DNA of 64,000 nucleotides from an uncultured Gammaproteobacteria bacterium (GCA_964521295.1 CAZFRF010000001.1:7751-71750), one strand, 5' to 3'. Counted from the first letter of the stretch, positions 37,577-47,946 are shown. Translations and numbers: made by a program. Notes: generated by a model not told the origin, from the letters alone.

Positions 37577-38482
37577 ATGTCAGATTTAGGTTACACCAAG
37601 CCTTTATATATCCTGCCGTTTGATCATAGAGCCACAGTTGTCCAAAAGTTATTTGGATTAAAATCCGCAGAAAATTTAACAGATGAGCAAATCCACTTCA
37701 TGCGCGATTTTAAAATGCTTGTCTATAAAGGATTTAAGAAAGCATTAGAAAAAGGAATCCCTACAGAATATGGAGCAATACTTTGTGATGAAGATTTTGG
37801 AAGCGAGGTATTATTTGACGCTAAACATAATGGTTTCGTAACGCTCTTAACTATTGAAAAAAGTGGAACTGAACTTTTAGAGTTTCAGTATGAGGATTAT
37901 GAAAACCACATTTTAAATTTTAAACCAACGTTCACAAAACTTTTAGTTAAATATAACCCGGAAGATTCACAAGAAAAAAAATTAAAACAGAAAGAAAAAA
38001 TGAAAATTATTAGTGATTTTTCACATAAAAATAATTTTAAATTTCTTTTAGAAGTACTAGTTGTTCCTACTGAAAAACAACTTGAAGAAGCGGGGAGTAG
38101 AGAAGATTATGATTTGAGATTAAGACCAAAGCTAAGCATAGAGGTTATTAAAGATATGCAAAATTTTGGAATTGAGCCAGATGTTTGGAAATTAGAAGGT
38201 TTTGATAGCGAACTGGAATACCAGGAAATTGTAAATACAATTAGACATGGTGGTAGAGACAATGTAAGTCTGGTTATTTTAGGTAGAGGTGCTGACAATG
38301 CAAGAGTTGCCAATTGGTTAAGAGCTGGCGTGAAGGTAGATGGCGTAACTGGTTTTGCAGTTGGTAGAACTATTTTTTGGGATGTAGTAGAAAAGTTCTA
38401 TAAAGGACAAGTGGGAAAAGCAGAAGTTATTGATACGGTTGCGGAAAATTTCTATAAATTTTATAAAGTATTTACCAGTTAG
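37577..38482 (+). CDS. DUF2090/IolC-associated class I aldolase-like TIM barrel
   Basis: LPFDHR, IEKSG, FLLEVL, PDVWKLEG, ILGRG, GFAVGRTIF. Confidence 0.8.
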   Translation: MSDLGYTKPLYILPFDHRATVVQKLFGLKSAENLTDEQIHFMRDFKMLVYKGFKKALEKGIPTEYGAILCDEDFGSEVLFDAKHNGFVTLLTIEKSGTELLEFQYEDYENHILNFKPTFTKLLVKYNPEDSQEKKLKQKEKMKIISDFSHKNNFKFLLEVLVVPTEKQLEEAGSREDYDLRLRPKLSIEVIKDMQNFGIEPDVWKLEGFDSELEYQEIVNTIRHGGRDNVSLVILGRGADNARVANWLRAGVKVDGVTGFAVGRTIFWDVVEKFYKGQVGKAEVIDTVAENFYKFYKVFTS

Positions 38483-40133
38483 TCCTAATATGTTCGTCTG
38501 CAAACTCGGGGTCTACGTTAACTTTTTTACCTGGATTAAAAATATTTAAAGGATCAAATATTTCTTTTGTTTTTTCAAATAATTTATAAATTTCTTCGCC
38601 ATACATTTGTTTTAAATATCTACTTCTAATAAGACCATCGTTGTGTTCGCCACTCATCGAGCCTTTATACTTAAACACTAGGTTAAATACTTCCTGAGAG
38701 ATTTTAGGTAGTAATCTTCTTTGATTCTCATCGGCTAAATTGACAAGGGGAATGATATGAAAATTTCCATCTCCCATGTGTCCTGCTAATGTAGAAATGA
38801 TACTTGGATATTTAGCGATAATCTCATTTATTTTTGGCAAGAATTCGGGTAAATATTTAGGGTTAATAATTATGTCATCAATAAATGGACTACTATATTT
38901 ATCTTTTATTTTTTTACGAAGTAGATTAAAACTTTCTCTGCGAATTAACCAATATTTTCTAGATGATTTTTCGTTGCCAGCTGCTTTGACCTTGAGATTA
39001 AATGGTTTTAGAACTTCTTTTAATAAATTTACTTTATCTTTCAAATCGTCTAAATTATTTCCCGTAAATTCAATTTGAAGAGTTATTTTAGGAAATTTAT
39101 TTTTTTTCTTCATTAAAATTTCAGGTAAAAATGTTAAAAGAGTAGATAAAGGATTATGTATATTTAACTTTGGTCCGAATTCTTTGAAATATTTAACTGC
39201 AAGTTCAAGTGTTTTATCGTCGTAAGTTTCAAAACTTTCCGGAGACAAAGGAATTACTGCGTTAATTATTTCTCCTAATTTTACTTCGTCTTTTTCAGAT
39301 AAATATACAACAAGCATTTCTGAGTGCTTGTTAACAGGCATAAGCTTAATACTTGCTTCGGTTATTATTCCTAATGTTCCCTGAGAGCCGGTGAAAAGTT
39401 GTGTTAAATCAAATGTTTTATTTTCTTTATTATATACATTCCACAGACTATAGCCTGTCGAGTTTTTGCTAACATCGGGTTTTGCGCTTTTGATAAGATC
39501 ATAATTTTTAATAATAAGAGTGTGAATTTTTCTATATACTTCACCTTCGAAAGATCTTAATTGTAATTTTTGTGCAAGTTCTCGCTCATTTAAAGCTTTA
39601 AATTCGTATTCATTTCCATCTGCTAAAATCATTTTAAGAGCTGTAACATATTTTTCAGTTTTACCATATTCAAAAGATTTTTCACCGCCTGCGTTATTTG
39701 CGATAATTCCACCGATAGCGCAAATTTCTCGTGAAGAAGGATAAGAAGGAAATATTAAATTATGTTTTAATGTTTCTTTTTCAAAGTCTCGATAGAAAAT
39801 GCCTGGTTCTGATTTGGCAATTTTATCTTCAATTCCTACGAATTTATTCATGTATTTTGTAAAAACGAGGATAATGGAATCATTTAAATCTCCGCCACTC
39901 ATATCTGTTCCGGCAGCGCGTGCAGTAATAGATAATTTTGGATTTTGTTTTTTATTTGTATTAACAAATTCAATAACTTTTTGAATATCCTTGGAGTTTT
40001 TGGGAAAGATTACAACTCTTGGTCTAACTTGAAAAATGCTTGAATCATGACTGTATTCTAAAAGAGTAGAGTCATCGTCGAGAGTTTCGCCTAAGATTTG
40101 AGATCTTAATTTGTTTAATAAATTCGCATCCAT
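38472..40133 (-). CDS. FAD-binding oxidoreductase (GlcD/D-lactate dehydrogenase family)
   Basis: RAAGTD..G, GG.IANNAGG, GSQGTLG, GHMGDGNFH, SGEHNDG, DP..IFNPGK. Confidence 0.9.
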   Translation of the reverse strand: MDANLLNKLRSQILGETLDDDSTLLEYSHDSSIFQVRPRVVIFPKNSKDIQKVIEFVNTNKKQNPKLSITARAAGTDMSGGDLNDSIILVFTKYMNKFVGIEDKIAKSEPGIFYRDFEKETLKHNLIFPSYPSSREICAIGGIIANNAGGEKSFEYGKTEKYVTALKMILADGNEYEFKALNERELAQKLQLRSFEGEVYRKIHTLIIKNYDLIKSAKPDVSKNSTGYSLWNVYNKENKTFDLTQLFTGSQGTLGIITEASIKLMPVNKHSEMLVVYLSEKDEVKLGEIINAVIPLSPESFETYDDKTLELAVKYFKEFGPKLNIHNPLSTLLTFLPEILMKKKNKFPKITLQIEFTGNNLDDLKDKVNLLKEVLKPFNLKVKAAGNEKSSRKYWLIRRESFNLLRKKIKDKYSSPFIDDIIINPKYLPEFLPKINEIIAKYPSIISTLAGHMGDGNFHIIPLVNLADENQRRLLPKISQEVFNLVFKYKGSMSGEHNDGLIRSRYLKQMYGEEIYKLFEKTKEIFDPLNIFNPGKKVNVDPEFADEHIRTNW

Positions 40134-41119
40134 TATCTGGCAATAATTTTTTCAACAGCTGTAATTATAGCTGTGTCATCCATGTTGTATTTTTTAATAA
40201 TATCTAATGGTTTGCCGCTTTCTGCAAAAGTATCGTTAAGTCCTACAAATTCCATTGGAGTAGGAGAGTGTTTAGCTAAAACTTCAGCAATAACTCCACC
40301 CAGTCCTCCCATTATTTGATGGTCTTCGACTGTAATAACATGTTTTGTTTCTTTAGCAAGATTAATAATTGTTTCAGTATCGATAGGTTTTATGCTGCAA
40401 ACATTAGCAACTAATATATTTACTCCTTTTTCTTCTAATTTTTTAGCTGCTAGTAATGCAAAATACAAAAGCCAACCTGTTGCAAAAATTACTGCTTGTG
40501 GATTTTGAGTAACCCAGTATGTTTGCATCTTATTAATATCAAATGGGGTTTGAGAAGTTGTTATTGTTGCACTTTTGTCTCTTGTAAAGCGAAGATAAAC
40601 AGGTTTATTAATCCTCGCTGATTCTAAAGTTATTTTTTTTGCTTCTTCATAATCACAAGGGACAAAAACATTCATATTTGGCCAAGTGCGGGTTATGGCA
40701 ATATCTTCAGTTGCCTGATGCGTCGCTCCATCTGGTCCGGTCATAACTCCACTATGATGTCCTGCTATTTTTACATTAGCATCGTTATATGCAACTGTAG
40801 TTCTAATTGTTTCTAAATTTTTTCCTGGCGAAAAAGTTGCATAAGAGGCGATATAGGGGATTTTACCAGATACTGCAAGCCCAGCTGCTATTGCTGCCAT
40901 ATTTTGTTCAGCAACTCCTATTTCAAAAAATCTGTCTGGATGGTTTTTCCCAAACCCGTCGGTTCGGGTTGATTCAGCTAGGTCAGCTGTTAGGACAACA
41001 ACATTTGGATTAGATTTACCTAGTTCAATTAAAGCATCTCCAAAGCCATCGCGGGTTGCTTTTTGTTCAAAAGGTTCATCAAATATTTTTTCGTTTAATT
41101 TTAAATCTTTATTTAACAT
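40133..41119 (-). CDS. Transketolase, C-terminal subunit
   Basis: ADLAEST, GVAEQN, GPDGATHQ, VEDH. Confidence 0.93.
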   Translation of the reverse strand: MLNKDLKLNEKIFDEPFEQKATRDGFGDALIELGKSNPNVVVLTADLAESTRTDGFGKNHPDRFFEIGVAEQNMAAIAAGLAVSGKIPYIASYATFSPGKNLETIRTTVAYNDANVKIAGHHSGVMTGPDGATHQATEDIAITRTWPNMNVFVPCDYEEAKKITLESARINKPVYLRFTRDKSATITTSQTPFDINKMQTYWVTQNPQAVIFATGWLLYFALLAAKKLEEKGVNILVANVCSIKPIDTETIINLAKETKHVITVEDHQIMGGLGGVIAEVLAKHSPTPMEFVGLNDTFAESGKPLDIIKKYNMDDTAIITAVEKIIAR

Positions 41120-41120
41120 A

Positions 41121-41981
41121 TTATTCGTGTTCAGACATAATTCTGCCTTGTAATGTTCTAAGTTCTGCTAAGGCTTTAACTGCCTCTTCTTTATTTGGTG
41201 GCTTACCATGCCATGTAAAATCTTTTTCCATAAAAGAGACGCCTTTGCCGGGAATTGTATGAGCAATTATGGCTGTTGGTTTTTCAAAAATACTTTTTGC
41301 TTTGTTAACTGCTGATACAAATTCAGCAATATTATTTCCGTCTACATCAATTACCTCCCAATTAAACGAGCGATATTTATCAGCTAAAGGTTCAAGGGGC
41401 ATAACGTCTTCAGTAAAACCATCTATTTGGATGTTATTTCTATCTAAAATAATGGTTAAATTATTCATTTTATGTTTTCCAGCAAACATAATGGCCTCCC
41501 ACGTATTTCCTTCTTGATGTTCTCCATCTGAAGCTATGACATATGTCTGATAATTTTTATTATCAAGTTTTGCTGCTAGGGCAATTCCAATCGCTTGTGA
41601 AATGCCTTCACCTAAGGGACCCGAGGTTGTTTCAAGTCCTGGTAATGAGGTTCTATGTGGATGACCTTGTAGTCTTGAATTAATTTTTCTTAAGGTTTTA
41701 AGTTCTTCAGTAGGAAAATATCCTGCCATTGCCATTGATACATAGCGAATAGGGCAGATGTGTCCGTTAGATAAAATAAGTCTGTCTCTGTCTGGTAATT
41801 CAGGGTTTTTTGGATCATGATTTAGAATATGAAAATAAAAAGCCGTAAAAATATCTGCCATTCCTAATGGCCCAGCGCTATGTCCGGATCCAGCCTCAAG
41901 TAACATTTCAATCAAAAGTTGTCTTGCGGTATTAGCTTTTAATTCTAATTCTTTTAATTTTTCTTCGAACAAATTATTCAT
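41121..41981 (-). CDS. Transketolase, N-terminal subunit
   Basis: SGH, LSNGH, LQGHP, SDGEHQEG..WEA...NN TPP-binding motif. Confidence 0.93.
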   Translation of the reverse strand: MNNLFEEKLKELELKANTARQLLIEMLLEAGSGHSAGPLGMADIFTAFYFHILNHDPKNPELPDRDRLILSNGHICPIRYVSMAMAGYFPTEELKTLRKINSRLQGHPHRTSLPGLETTSGPLGEGISQAIGIALAAKLDNKNYQTYVIASDGEHQEGNTWEAIMFAGKHKMNNLTIILDRNNIQIDGFTEDVMPLEPLADKYRSFNWEVIDVDGNNIAEFVSAVNKAKSIFEKPTAIIAHTIPGKGVSFMEKDFTWHGKPPNKEEAVKALAELRTLQGRIMSEHE

Positions 41982-43251
41982 ATCTATAGACTAGGAAAAG
42001 ATCAGAGACATTGGAAGGTAATTTATCTGTAATAATAGCATCTCCTATATTTTCGAAAAAGACAAGACTGTTGTTTTGCATAAGTAAATCATGTGGATTA
42101 ATACCTAGGCTTTTAGCTTTTTCTAATGATAAGTTATCTCCAATTGCGCCACAGACTTCTGAGTTATCCCATCCATCGGAATCAAATGAGGCGATAATTG
42201 TTTTCTCTGGTAGTTTAAAAAGTCCAGCTAAAACTGTAGCTTGATTTCTTCCGCCTTTGCCATTGGGATTAGTGACATGTAGCGTAGTTTCTCCTCCGGC
42301 AATAAGTAAGGAATTGGGTTTTGTTTCGTTTATTAGTTTTTCAGCAGCATTATTTGCGTCATCGGAAAATTTATCTGAAAATATATTTACTTTTATATTT
42401 AATTCCTCAGCTTTTTTTTGAATAGCATTTAATGCTGTTAAATTAGAAAGCATAAGTATATTTGTTGTGTTGTTAAAAATCTTTTCGTCTTTTGGAGTTT
42501 CAGCAAGATCTTGATTATTAAGATTTAGATCTAGGTTATATTTTTCATAAATTGCTAAGGCATCGCTTGTTGTTGTTTTGTCTAATACTGTGGGACCGGA
42601 TGCAATAAAAGAAAGATCATTTCCTAAAACATCTGAGAAAATGAGGCTAATAATCTTAGCAGGATTTAAAATTTCAACTAGGCCTCCTCCTTTAACTTTT
42701 GACAAATGTTTTCTTAGAGTATTCATCTCTAAAATATTTGCTCCAGATTCTAAAAGTTTTTGATTAATCTCAATTAGCTTATTTAAATCAATGGAGATGG
42801 GCGATTCGAACATTACTGAGCCACCGCCACAAATAATTACTAAAACTAAATCTTTAGAAGTTAAATTAGAAAATTCTTCAATAACTTGTTTTGTAAAATC
42901 TAAATTTACCTGAGAGGGAAGAGGATGAGTCCCTAATGTGAATTTTATTTTTTTAAACTCTGTTTCTACTGTATCAATAACGTAGCCTTTAGTTAGTTTA
43001 TCTTCTAACTTGTTTTCAATTAATTGAGATATTTTCCCAGAGCCCTTACCGAAACCGAGTAGGTAAACGTTTTCAAATTTATTTAAATCAAAGCTTTGGC
43101 CATTTAAATATAAAATATTATTTTCTAAATTTACTTCTTTATTTATTATATTTTGGGGTTGAATTGCGTTTAATCCTTCTTCTATAAAGTCTAAAACTAT
43201 TTTTCGTTGAGCAGATGTGTTTAAGCTGGAGTAATTTTTAATAATTCCCAT
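41974..43251 (-). CDS. Glycerate 2-kinase (MOFRL/DUF4147 family)
   Basis: GFGK, HPLP, CGGGS, RKHLSKVKGG, SDVLG, IASGP, GGETT, GGRNQ. Confidence 0.92.
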   Translation of the reverse strand: MGIIKNYSSLNTSAQRKIVLDFIEEGLNAIQPQNIINKEVNLENNILYLNGQSFDLNKFENVYLLGFGKGSGKISQLIENKLEDKLTKGYVIDTVETEFKKIKFTLGTHPLPSQVNLDFTKQVIEEFSNLTSKDLVLVIICGGGSVMFESPISIDLNKLIEINQKLLESGANILEMNTLRKHLSKVKGGGLVEILNPAKIISLIFSDVLGNDLSFIASGPTVLDKTTTSDALAIYEKYNLDLNLNNQDLAETPKDEKIFNNTTNILMLSNLTALNAIQKKAEELNIKVNIFSDKFSDDANNAAEKLINETKPNSLLIAGGETTLHVTNPNGKGGRNQATVLAGLFKLPEKTIIASFDSDGWDNSEVCGAIGDNLSLEKAKSLGINPHDLLMQNNSLVFFENIGDAIITDKLPSNVSDLFLVYRYE

Positions 43252-43315
43252 AACTTATCTTAGCATATCTAAAAATCTTGACCTCAGCTAAAAATAGTCC
43301 TATAATATGCAGATT

Positions 43316-43678
43316 ATGCCTTTAGAAATTTTTAGATATATCGAAGGACAAGATTCATGCGTAGGTTATGATATTGTTAAACCTGGGGATTATAGAACAA
43401 TTGTCGATAGGCCGGCAGATTTAATTACAGGAGAAAGCTTAGATGAAAGGTTAATTTTAGCAAGATGTAGAAAAGATGATCGTTTGTCTTTGTATTACAC
43501 AATTCATCCATTAGCTTTAGTTACTCTTTTTGGTCATGACGAAGCAATGTTTACGAAAGATGGAGTAGAAAACAGGGCGGTAGTAGTTTTACCAGGCGCA
43601 GAGCATATAATTAGGACTAGGGAAAGATTTCAGGGAGATATTTATGCAAATTATCGCTATAGACTAGCTCACAGATAA
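43316..43678 (+). CDS. Hypothetical protein
   Basis: Promoter TTGACC-N17-TATAAT (43278-43306) favours ATG 43316 (MPLEIFR) over 43307. Confidence 0.7.
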   Translation: MPLEIFRYIEGQDSCVGYDIVKPGDYRTIVDRPADLITGESLDERLILARCRKDDRLSLYYTIHPLALVTLFGHDEAMFTKDGVENRAVVVLPGAEHIIRTRERFQGDIYANYRYRLAHR

Positions 43679-44083
43679 TTAACTCTTTTTCGTAGCTTGT
43701 GAGGGTTGTTGAGCTGGAAATCTGCTATCTATCATTGAGATGTATCCTGTAACTCTTTGGTATGCTTGTCTCATTCTCACTTGATCAATAGTTGGCGGCT
43801 CATCTAATTCTGCTGTATATGTTTTTTTAAATGCATCCATTCTTTCTTCTCCCAAGCCTCTTGTTGCTGTAGTTTTTGCATCAAAATATTCTTTTAAAAC
43901 ATGTCTATATGGTTGTGTTGGATCGAGAATTTCTTCTGGCGCAGAAAAGCCAATAACTCTAATGACTTTTTCCCAAGCAGGTAAAGTAGTCGCAGGTTGC
44001 CCAGGTCTTCTTTCAAGAGGTCTTAATCTTCCTGGTAAATGTGAATGTCTTGTTCTTGGTGATCTTGAGTGTTCGGCTGACAT
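43679..44083 (-). CDS. Hypothetical Arg-rich protein
   Basis: 134-aa ORF; promoter TTGTAT-N17-TAATAT upstream. Confidence 0.7.
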   Translation of the reverse strand: MSAEHSRSPRTRHSHLPGRLRPLERRPGQPATTLPAWEKVIRVIGFSAPEEILDPTQPYRHVLKEYFDAKTTATRGLGEERMDAFKKTYTAELDEPPTIDQVRMRQAYQRVTGYISMIDSRFPAQQPSQATKKS

Positions 44084-44160
44084 AGTAAATTGAGCAGCAA
44101 GTTATATTAGCACTATCTTTTTTAAAATACAACTATTGTAATTTCTGATAAAATAGATTC

Positions 44161-44823
44161 ATGTCCAAAGATGGAAGAATCTGGTTATCGCATACAAGTT
44201 TAGAGCTTTTAGAAAGATGTCCTCGCTGTTTTTGGTTACAGGTTAAAAAAGGAATAAGGCAGCCTGAAGGAATAGTTTCAAGGCTTGCTAATAGATTTGA
44301 CGGTGTAATTAAAAACTATTTTGATAAATATCGCCTAAAAGGTGAATTGCCGCCAATGGTTCAAGACAAATTAGATGGCAAGCTGCAGAATCCTTTTGTT
44401 GAAACATATTTTGCACGTATTAATCAAGAATTTGGTTTTTTTGGAAAATTGGATGAATGTTTAGTTGATGAGGAGGGAAGACTTACGCCAATAGATTTTA
44501 AAACTTCGAGCACTGATCCAAGAGACAAAGAGATACTTAGCGCCTATCAGTCACAAATAGATGATTATTTATTCTTACAAGAGCAAAATAATAAAAAAAC
44601 TACTGGAACTGGATATTTGATCTTTTTTTATCCTGATTTTGGTGAAGAATTGCATGATGGTTTTCCAATGATTATTCATCTGCAGAAACTAACGGGAGAT
44701 CCAAAAAAAACTAAATTAAGATTAGAAAAGGCAATGGATATGTTATCCAAAGATATGCCTAATCCAAATTCAGATTGTACATTCTGTAGTTATATTGGAA
44801 AAAGAGAATTAGCTGAATCATAA
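44161..44823 (+). CDS. PD-(D/E)XK nuclease (RecB/Cas4-like)
   Basis: LSHTSL...CPRCFW, GKLD, IDFKT, QIDDY, C-terminal CTFC. Confidence 0.88.
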   Translation: MSKDGRIWLSHTSLELLERCPRCFWLQVKKGIRQPEGIVSRLANRFDGVIKNYFDKYRLKGELPPMVQDKLDGKLQNPFVETYFARINQEFGFFGKLDECLVDEEGRLTPIDFKTSSTDPRDKEILSAYQSQIDDYLFLQEQNNKKTTGTGYLIFFYPDFGEELHDGFPMIIHLQKLTGDPKKTKLRLEKAMDMLSKDMPNPNSDCTFCSYIGKRELAES

Positions 44824-44873
44824 ATAAAAACCTTGCTATTAGCCTCGATTTGGAGTATAATTTATACTCACAG

Positions 44874-45572
44874 ATGCTTTTAAACCTCCAAAAAGATTTA
44901 AAAAAGCTGTCCAACAAAAAAAAGGCAGAGTTCTTATCTTCCTATTTTAAAACAGGAGAAGGAGAATATGGTTTTGGAGATATCTTCTTAGGTGTTACTG
45001 TACCTCAATCAAGAGCTTTGGCAATAAAGTATCAAGATTTAGAATTAACAGAGATTACTGAATTGTTAAAATCAAAAATTCACGAAGAAAGATTAATAGC
45101 TCTTTTAATTTTAGTTCATAAATTTGAAAAGCTACCAATGGAGCAAAGAAGAATCTATGAATTCTATTTAAAAAATACAAAATTTATTAATAACTGGGAT
45201 TTAGTTGATTTGTCTGCACATAAGATTGTTGGAGGATACTTGGAGGATAAACCCAAGGACATTTTGTATAAGTTAGCTAGCTCAAAAAATATGTGGGAGA
45301 GAAGAATAGCATTACTTTCTACTTTTAATTTTATTAAATCAGGTCACTTTAAAGATTCTTTAAAGCTTGCAGAAATTTTACTTACTGATAAAGAAGATTT
45401 AATTCAAAAAGCTTTGGGATGGATGCTTAGGGAAATTGGTAAAAAAGATAGAGAAGTAGAAGAAAAATTTTTAAATAAATATTATAAGAAAATGGCAAGA
45501 ACTGCTTTGAGATACTCAATTGAAAGATTTCCTGAAGTTTTAAAGAAAAAATATCTTCTCGGAAAAATTTAA
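44874..45572 (+). CDS. DNA alkylation repair protein (AlkD family)
   Basis: FKTGEGEYG, HEERL, NNWDLVD, WERR, IQKALGWMLRE, RTALRYSIE. Start probably ATG 44874. Confidence 0.92.
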   Translation: MLLNLQKDLKKLSNKKKAEFLSSYFKTGEGEYGFGDIFLGVTVPQSRALAIKYQDLELTEITELLKSKIHEERLIALLILVHKFEKLPMEQRRIYEFYLKNTKFINNWDLVDLSAHKIVGGYLEDKPKDILYKLASSKNMWERRIALLSTFNFIKSGHFKDSLKLAEILLTDKEDLIQKALGWMLREIGKKDREVEEKFLNKYYKKMARTALRYSIERFPEVLKKKYLLGKI

Positions 45573-45611
45573 ATTATTGTTTTTTTATTTCCTCTAGACT
45601 AGAATGCACGT

Positions 45612-46232
45612 ATGCGAAAGGTAAAAACTAAAAATTCTAACGCAGTTGTAAATTTTTTATTTGAAGTAGGAATTTTATCTAAAACTCCTAGATCGGGATT
45701 CCATTTTTTAGGAAGTGGGCAACAAAGTGTTTCTGAACATATGACCAGAACAATTTATGTTGGCTATGTTTTATCAACTCTTGAAAAAGGGGTTAGTTCA
45801 GAAAAGATATTAAAAATGTGTATGCTGCATGATTTAGCAGAAGCCAGAACTTCAGATTTAAATTATGTCCATCAAAAATATACTATTGTTGATGAGCATA
45901 AAGCCATTGGTGATTTAATTTCTACTCTTCCATTTGGAAATGATCTAGCGGATATTTTAAACGAATATAAAGAAAGAAAATCAAAAGAATCTTTGCTTGC
46001 TAAAGATGCAGATAATTTGGAATGGTTACTTTCCCTTAAAGAACAGGTAGATATTGGTAATACTAGAGCTAAAACCTGGATTCCTTCAGCTATTAAGAGA
46101 TTAAAGACAAAGGTAGCAAGGGATTTGGCTAAAAAAATTATTAAAACCAAATCTGATGATTGGTGGTTTTCCGAAAAAAATGATGATTGGTGGGTAAAAA
46201 GAAATAAGGATATACTCAAAAAACGATTTTAA
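45612..46232 (+). CDS. HD-domain protein (YfbR/HDDC2-like 5'-deoxynucleotidase family)
   Basis: PRSG, QSVSEH, HDLAEARTSD, DADNLE. Confidence 0.88.
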   Translation: MRKVKTKNSNAVVNFLFEVGILSKTPRSGFHFLGSGQQSVSEHMTRTIYVGYVLSTLEKGVSSEKILKMCMLHDLAEARTSDLNYVHQKYTIVDEHKAIGDLISTLPFGNDLADILNEYKERKSKESLLAKDADNLEWLLSLKEQVDIGNTRAKTWIPSAIKRLKTKVARDLAKKIIKTKSDDWWFSEKNDDWWVKRNKDILKKRF

Positions 46233-46276
46233 GAAAATAGTTGACAAATGGGTAAATAATGTGTCTAAAATAGGGT

Positions 46277-46804
46277 ATGGAGAAAAAGTTAATTAGCGTA
46301 CATGCAGTTACTATCCATATCTACACAGTTGCAATCATTCTTCTTTTAGCTTTATTAGGTCTTTTAGGTCTTAAATATTTGCATTTAAAAATGGCAGTTA
46401 AGAATTATACTCAGTCTGCAATATATATTAATAATCAAGCAAAACCAAATGGTTATGTTTCGGAATATGCAGTTATCGTTGCTAGGGGAGTAAATCAGAT
46501 TCCCGCTGCATCTTTACAAACATATATAGAGGATTTATCGAAAACGATTAATCGAGATATTGTAGTTTTAGATAAGAGTCAAAAAATACTTGCTCAGACA
46601 ATTGCAGCAAATAAAGGTAAAGCATATGGATATGGGATGGATGAGATTAGATCTACTCTCGGAGATGGGCAAACACGTAGGTTTGAAGAAAGAGGAGCAG
46701 ATTATCCTAACGGCCTATGGAGATTAGTTGTTCCCGTAAGAAATACCACGGGAGAGGTTACAGGCGCAGTAATCATTTCAGACTCCGAAGTTTTTAGTAA
46801 GTAA
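46277..46804 (+). CDS. Membrane-anchored stand-alone Cache-like sensor domain
   Basis: TM helix, then IVVLD....LA ... LVVPVRN..GEVTGAVII (PAS/Cache-like); no output domain. Confidence 0.6.
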   Translation: MEKKLISVHAVTIHIYTVAIILLLALLGLLGLKYLHLKMAVKNYTQSAIYINNQAKPNGYVSEYAVIVARGVNQIPAASLQTYIEDLSKTINRDIVVLDKSQKILAQTIAANKGKAYGYGMDEIRSTLGDGQTRRFEERGADYPNGLWRLVVPVRNTTGEVTGAVIISDSEVFSK

Positions 46805-46858
46805 TTAATTAAGCCTCAAATATTTGTACTCTAGGATATATTATTGTATAATAAATTG

Positions 46859-47128
46859 ATGGGAAAAGAATGTGGTTCATATCTAAAAAGTGAGGGTATA
46901 GGAGTAGCAAGTTTGGTTTGTGGTACCGAAGCATGTCCATTGAAGAGTGGAAGGCTTTTGTACGTTGATGATAAGTCAGGATTGCTTACTCCTGCTGATC
47001 TAAGAAGAAGCATACAAAAACGTGCTAGTGTAATTACTGGTATGGTGTGTGTTGCGGGTGATACAGCTAGGGTACCAGACTATAGTCCGAATTATTCCGA
47101 AATGCAAACTGCTCCAAAAGTGAGATAA
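46859..47128 (+). CDS. Small hypothetical protein with four Cys
   Basis: Promoter TTGTAC-N17-TATAAT ends 6 nt before ATG 46859 (MGKECG...). Confidence 0.6.
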   Translation: MGKECGSYLKSEGIGVASLVCGTEACPLKSGRLLYVDDKSGLLTPADLRRSIQKRASVITGMVCVAGDTARVPDYSPNYSEMQTAPKVR

Positions 47129-47133
47129 GGAAA

Positions 47134-47946
47134 ATGAAAAATCATTTTGAAGCAGAAAGAATCACCATGCCAACAGCCGCTGAGGTTAATAGATTAACAG
47201 GTATTTTTGGTGGAGATTTGAGTCCTCTTGGGGCAATTCATACATTAGCACCGGGTTATGTAACTTCAGATTGGGAAATTGATACTCCAGTTAATCCAGA
47301 TAAACATTTATTAGAACGCAGTTTGAGAATCGGTCCTGCAGAGATAACTATGGATTTTGGCCAAAATATGTTTTTTTTGAAATGGTTTGCGGCACTACCT
47401 CCTTTTATGTTTCCTAAACCAAATGTTCAAAATTATTTAGATTTCAGAGACTTTGCTTTTGAAGAATTTCCACAAATGCTTTGGTCGCATGCAGTGGGTG
47501 ATGATATTCCAAATTTAAATTATCTAGCTCATTCTACAGTAAGGGTTCAGTATAGGGGAAAAGCAGCATCAAGTAGATATGATTTAGGAAAAGAAAAAGA
47601 CAGAATAAGTTTCGAACTAGATTTTATTGACAGATCTGAAAAAATAAAAGCAATTAGTATCGAGGGAAGAACTGACGCAGATCACGATAAGCCTGGATAT
47701 TTTCATTTAAGGTTGGATTACAGAGGCGCAAATGATCCCCAAACTAAGGTTTCATTAGGTTTTATGTTGGATGATTTTGGTCTGGGTGCCTTTAATCCTG
47801 AGGTAGTTGGTTGGGCAATAGAAACAAATGAACATGTAGATAGGATTGAAGACCCAATTGTAGCAGCTTGCAATTTAATTGAAGCTATGGATCCTACTTT
47901 GCAGGCGCAAATTGAAATAGCAAAGGCAAAAAAAGGTCTGCTATAA
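47134..47946 (+). CDS. Hypothetical protein, paralog of 52482..53225
   Basis: Shares W...P..MP, YDL...D...F..DF and NP....W.IE......E.P...A blocks with the 52482 protein. Confidence 0.75.
   Translation: MKNHFEAERITMPTAAEVNRLTGIFGGDLSPLGAIHTLAPGYVTSDWEIDTPVNPDKHLLERSLRIGPAEITMDFGQNMFFLKWFAALPPFMFPKPNVQNYLDFRDFAFEEFPQMLWSHAVGDDIPNLNYLAHSTVRVQYRGKAASSRYDLGKEKDRISFELDFIDRSEKIKAISIEGRTDADHDKPGYFHLRLDYRGANDPQTKVSLGFMLDDFGLGAFNPEVVGWAIETNEHVDRIEDPIVAACNLIEAMDPTLQAQIEIAKAKKGLL

Noticed and set aside
44161-44823. CRISPR-Cas locus suggested by the Cas4-like gene
   Set aside because: No cas1/cas2 or effector genes and no repeat-spacer array were seen anywhere in the window.
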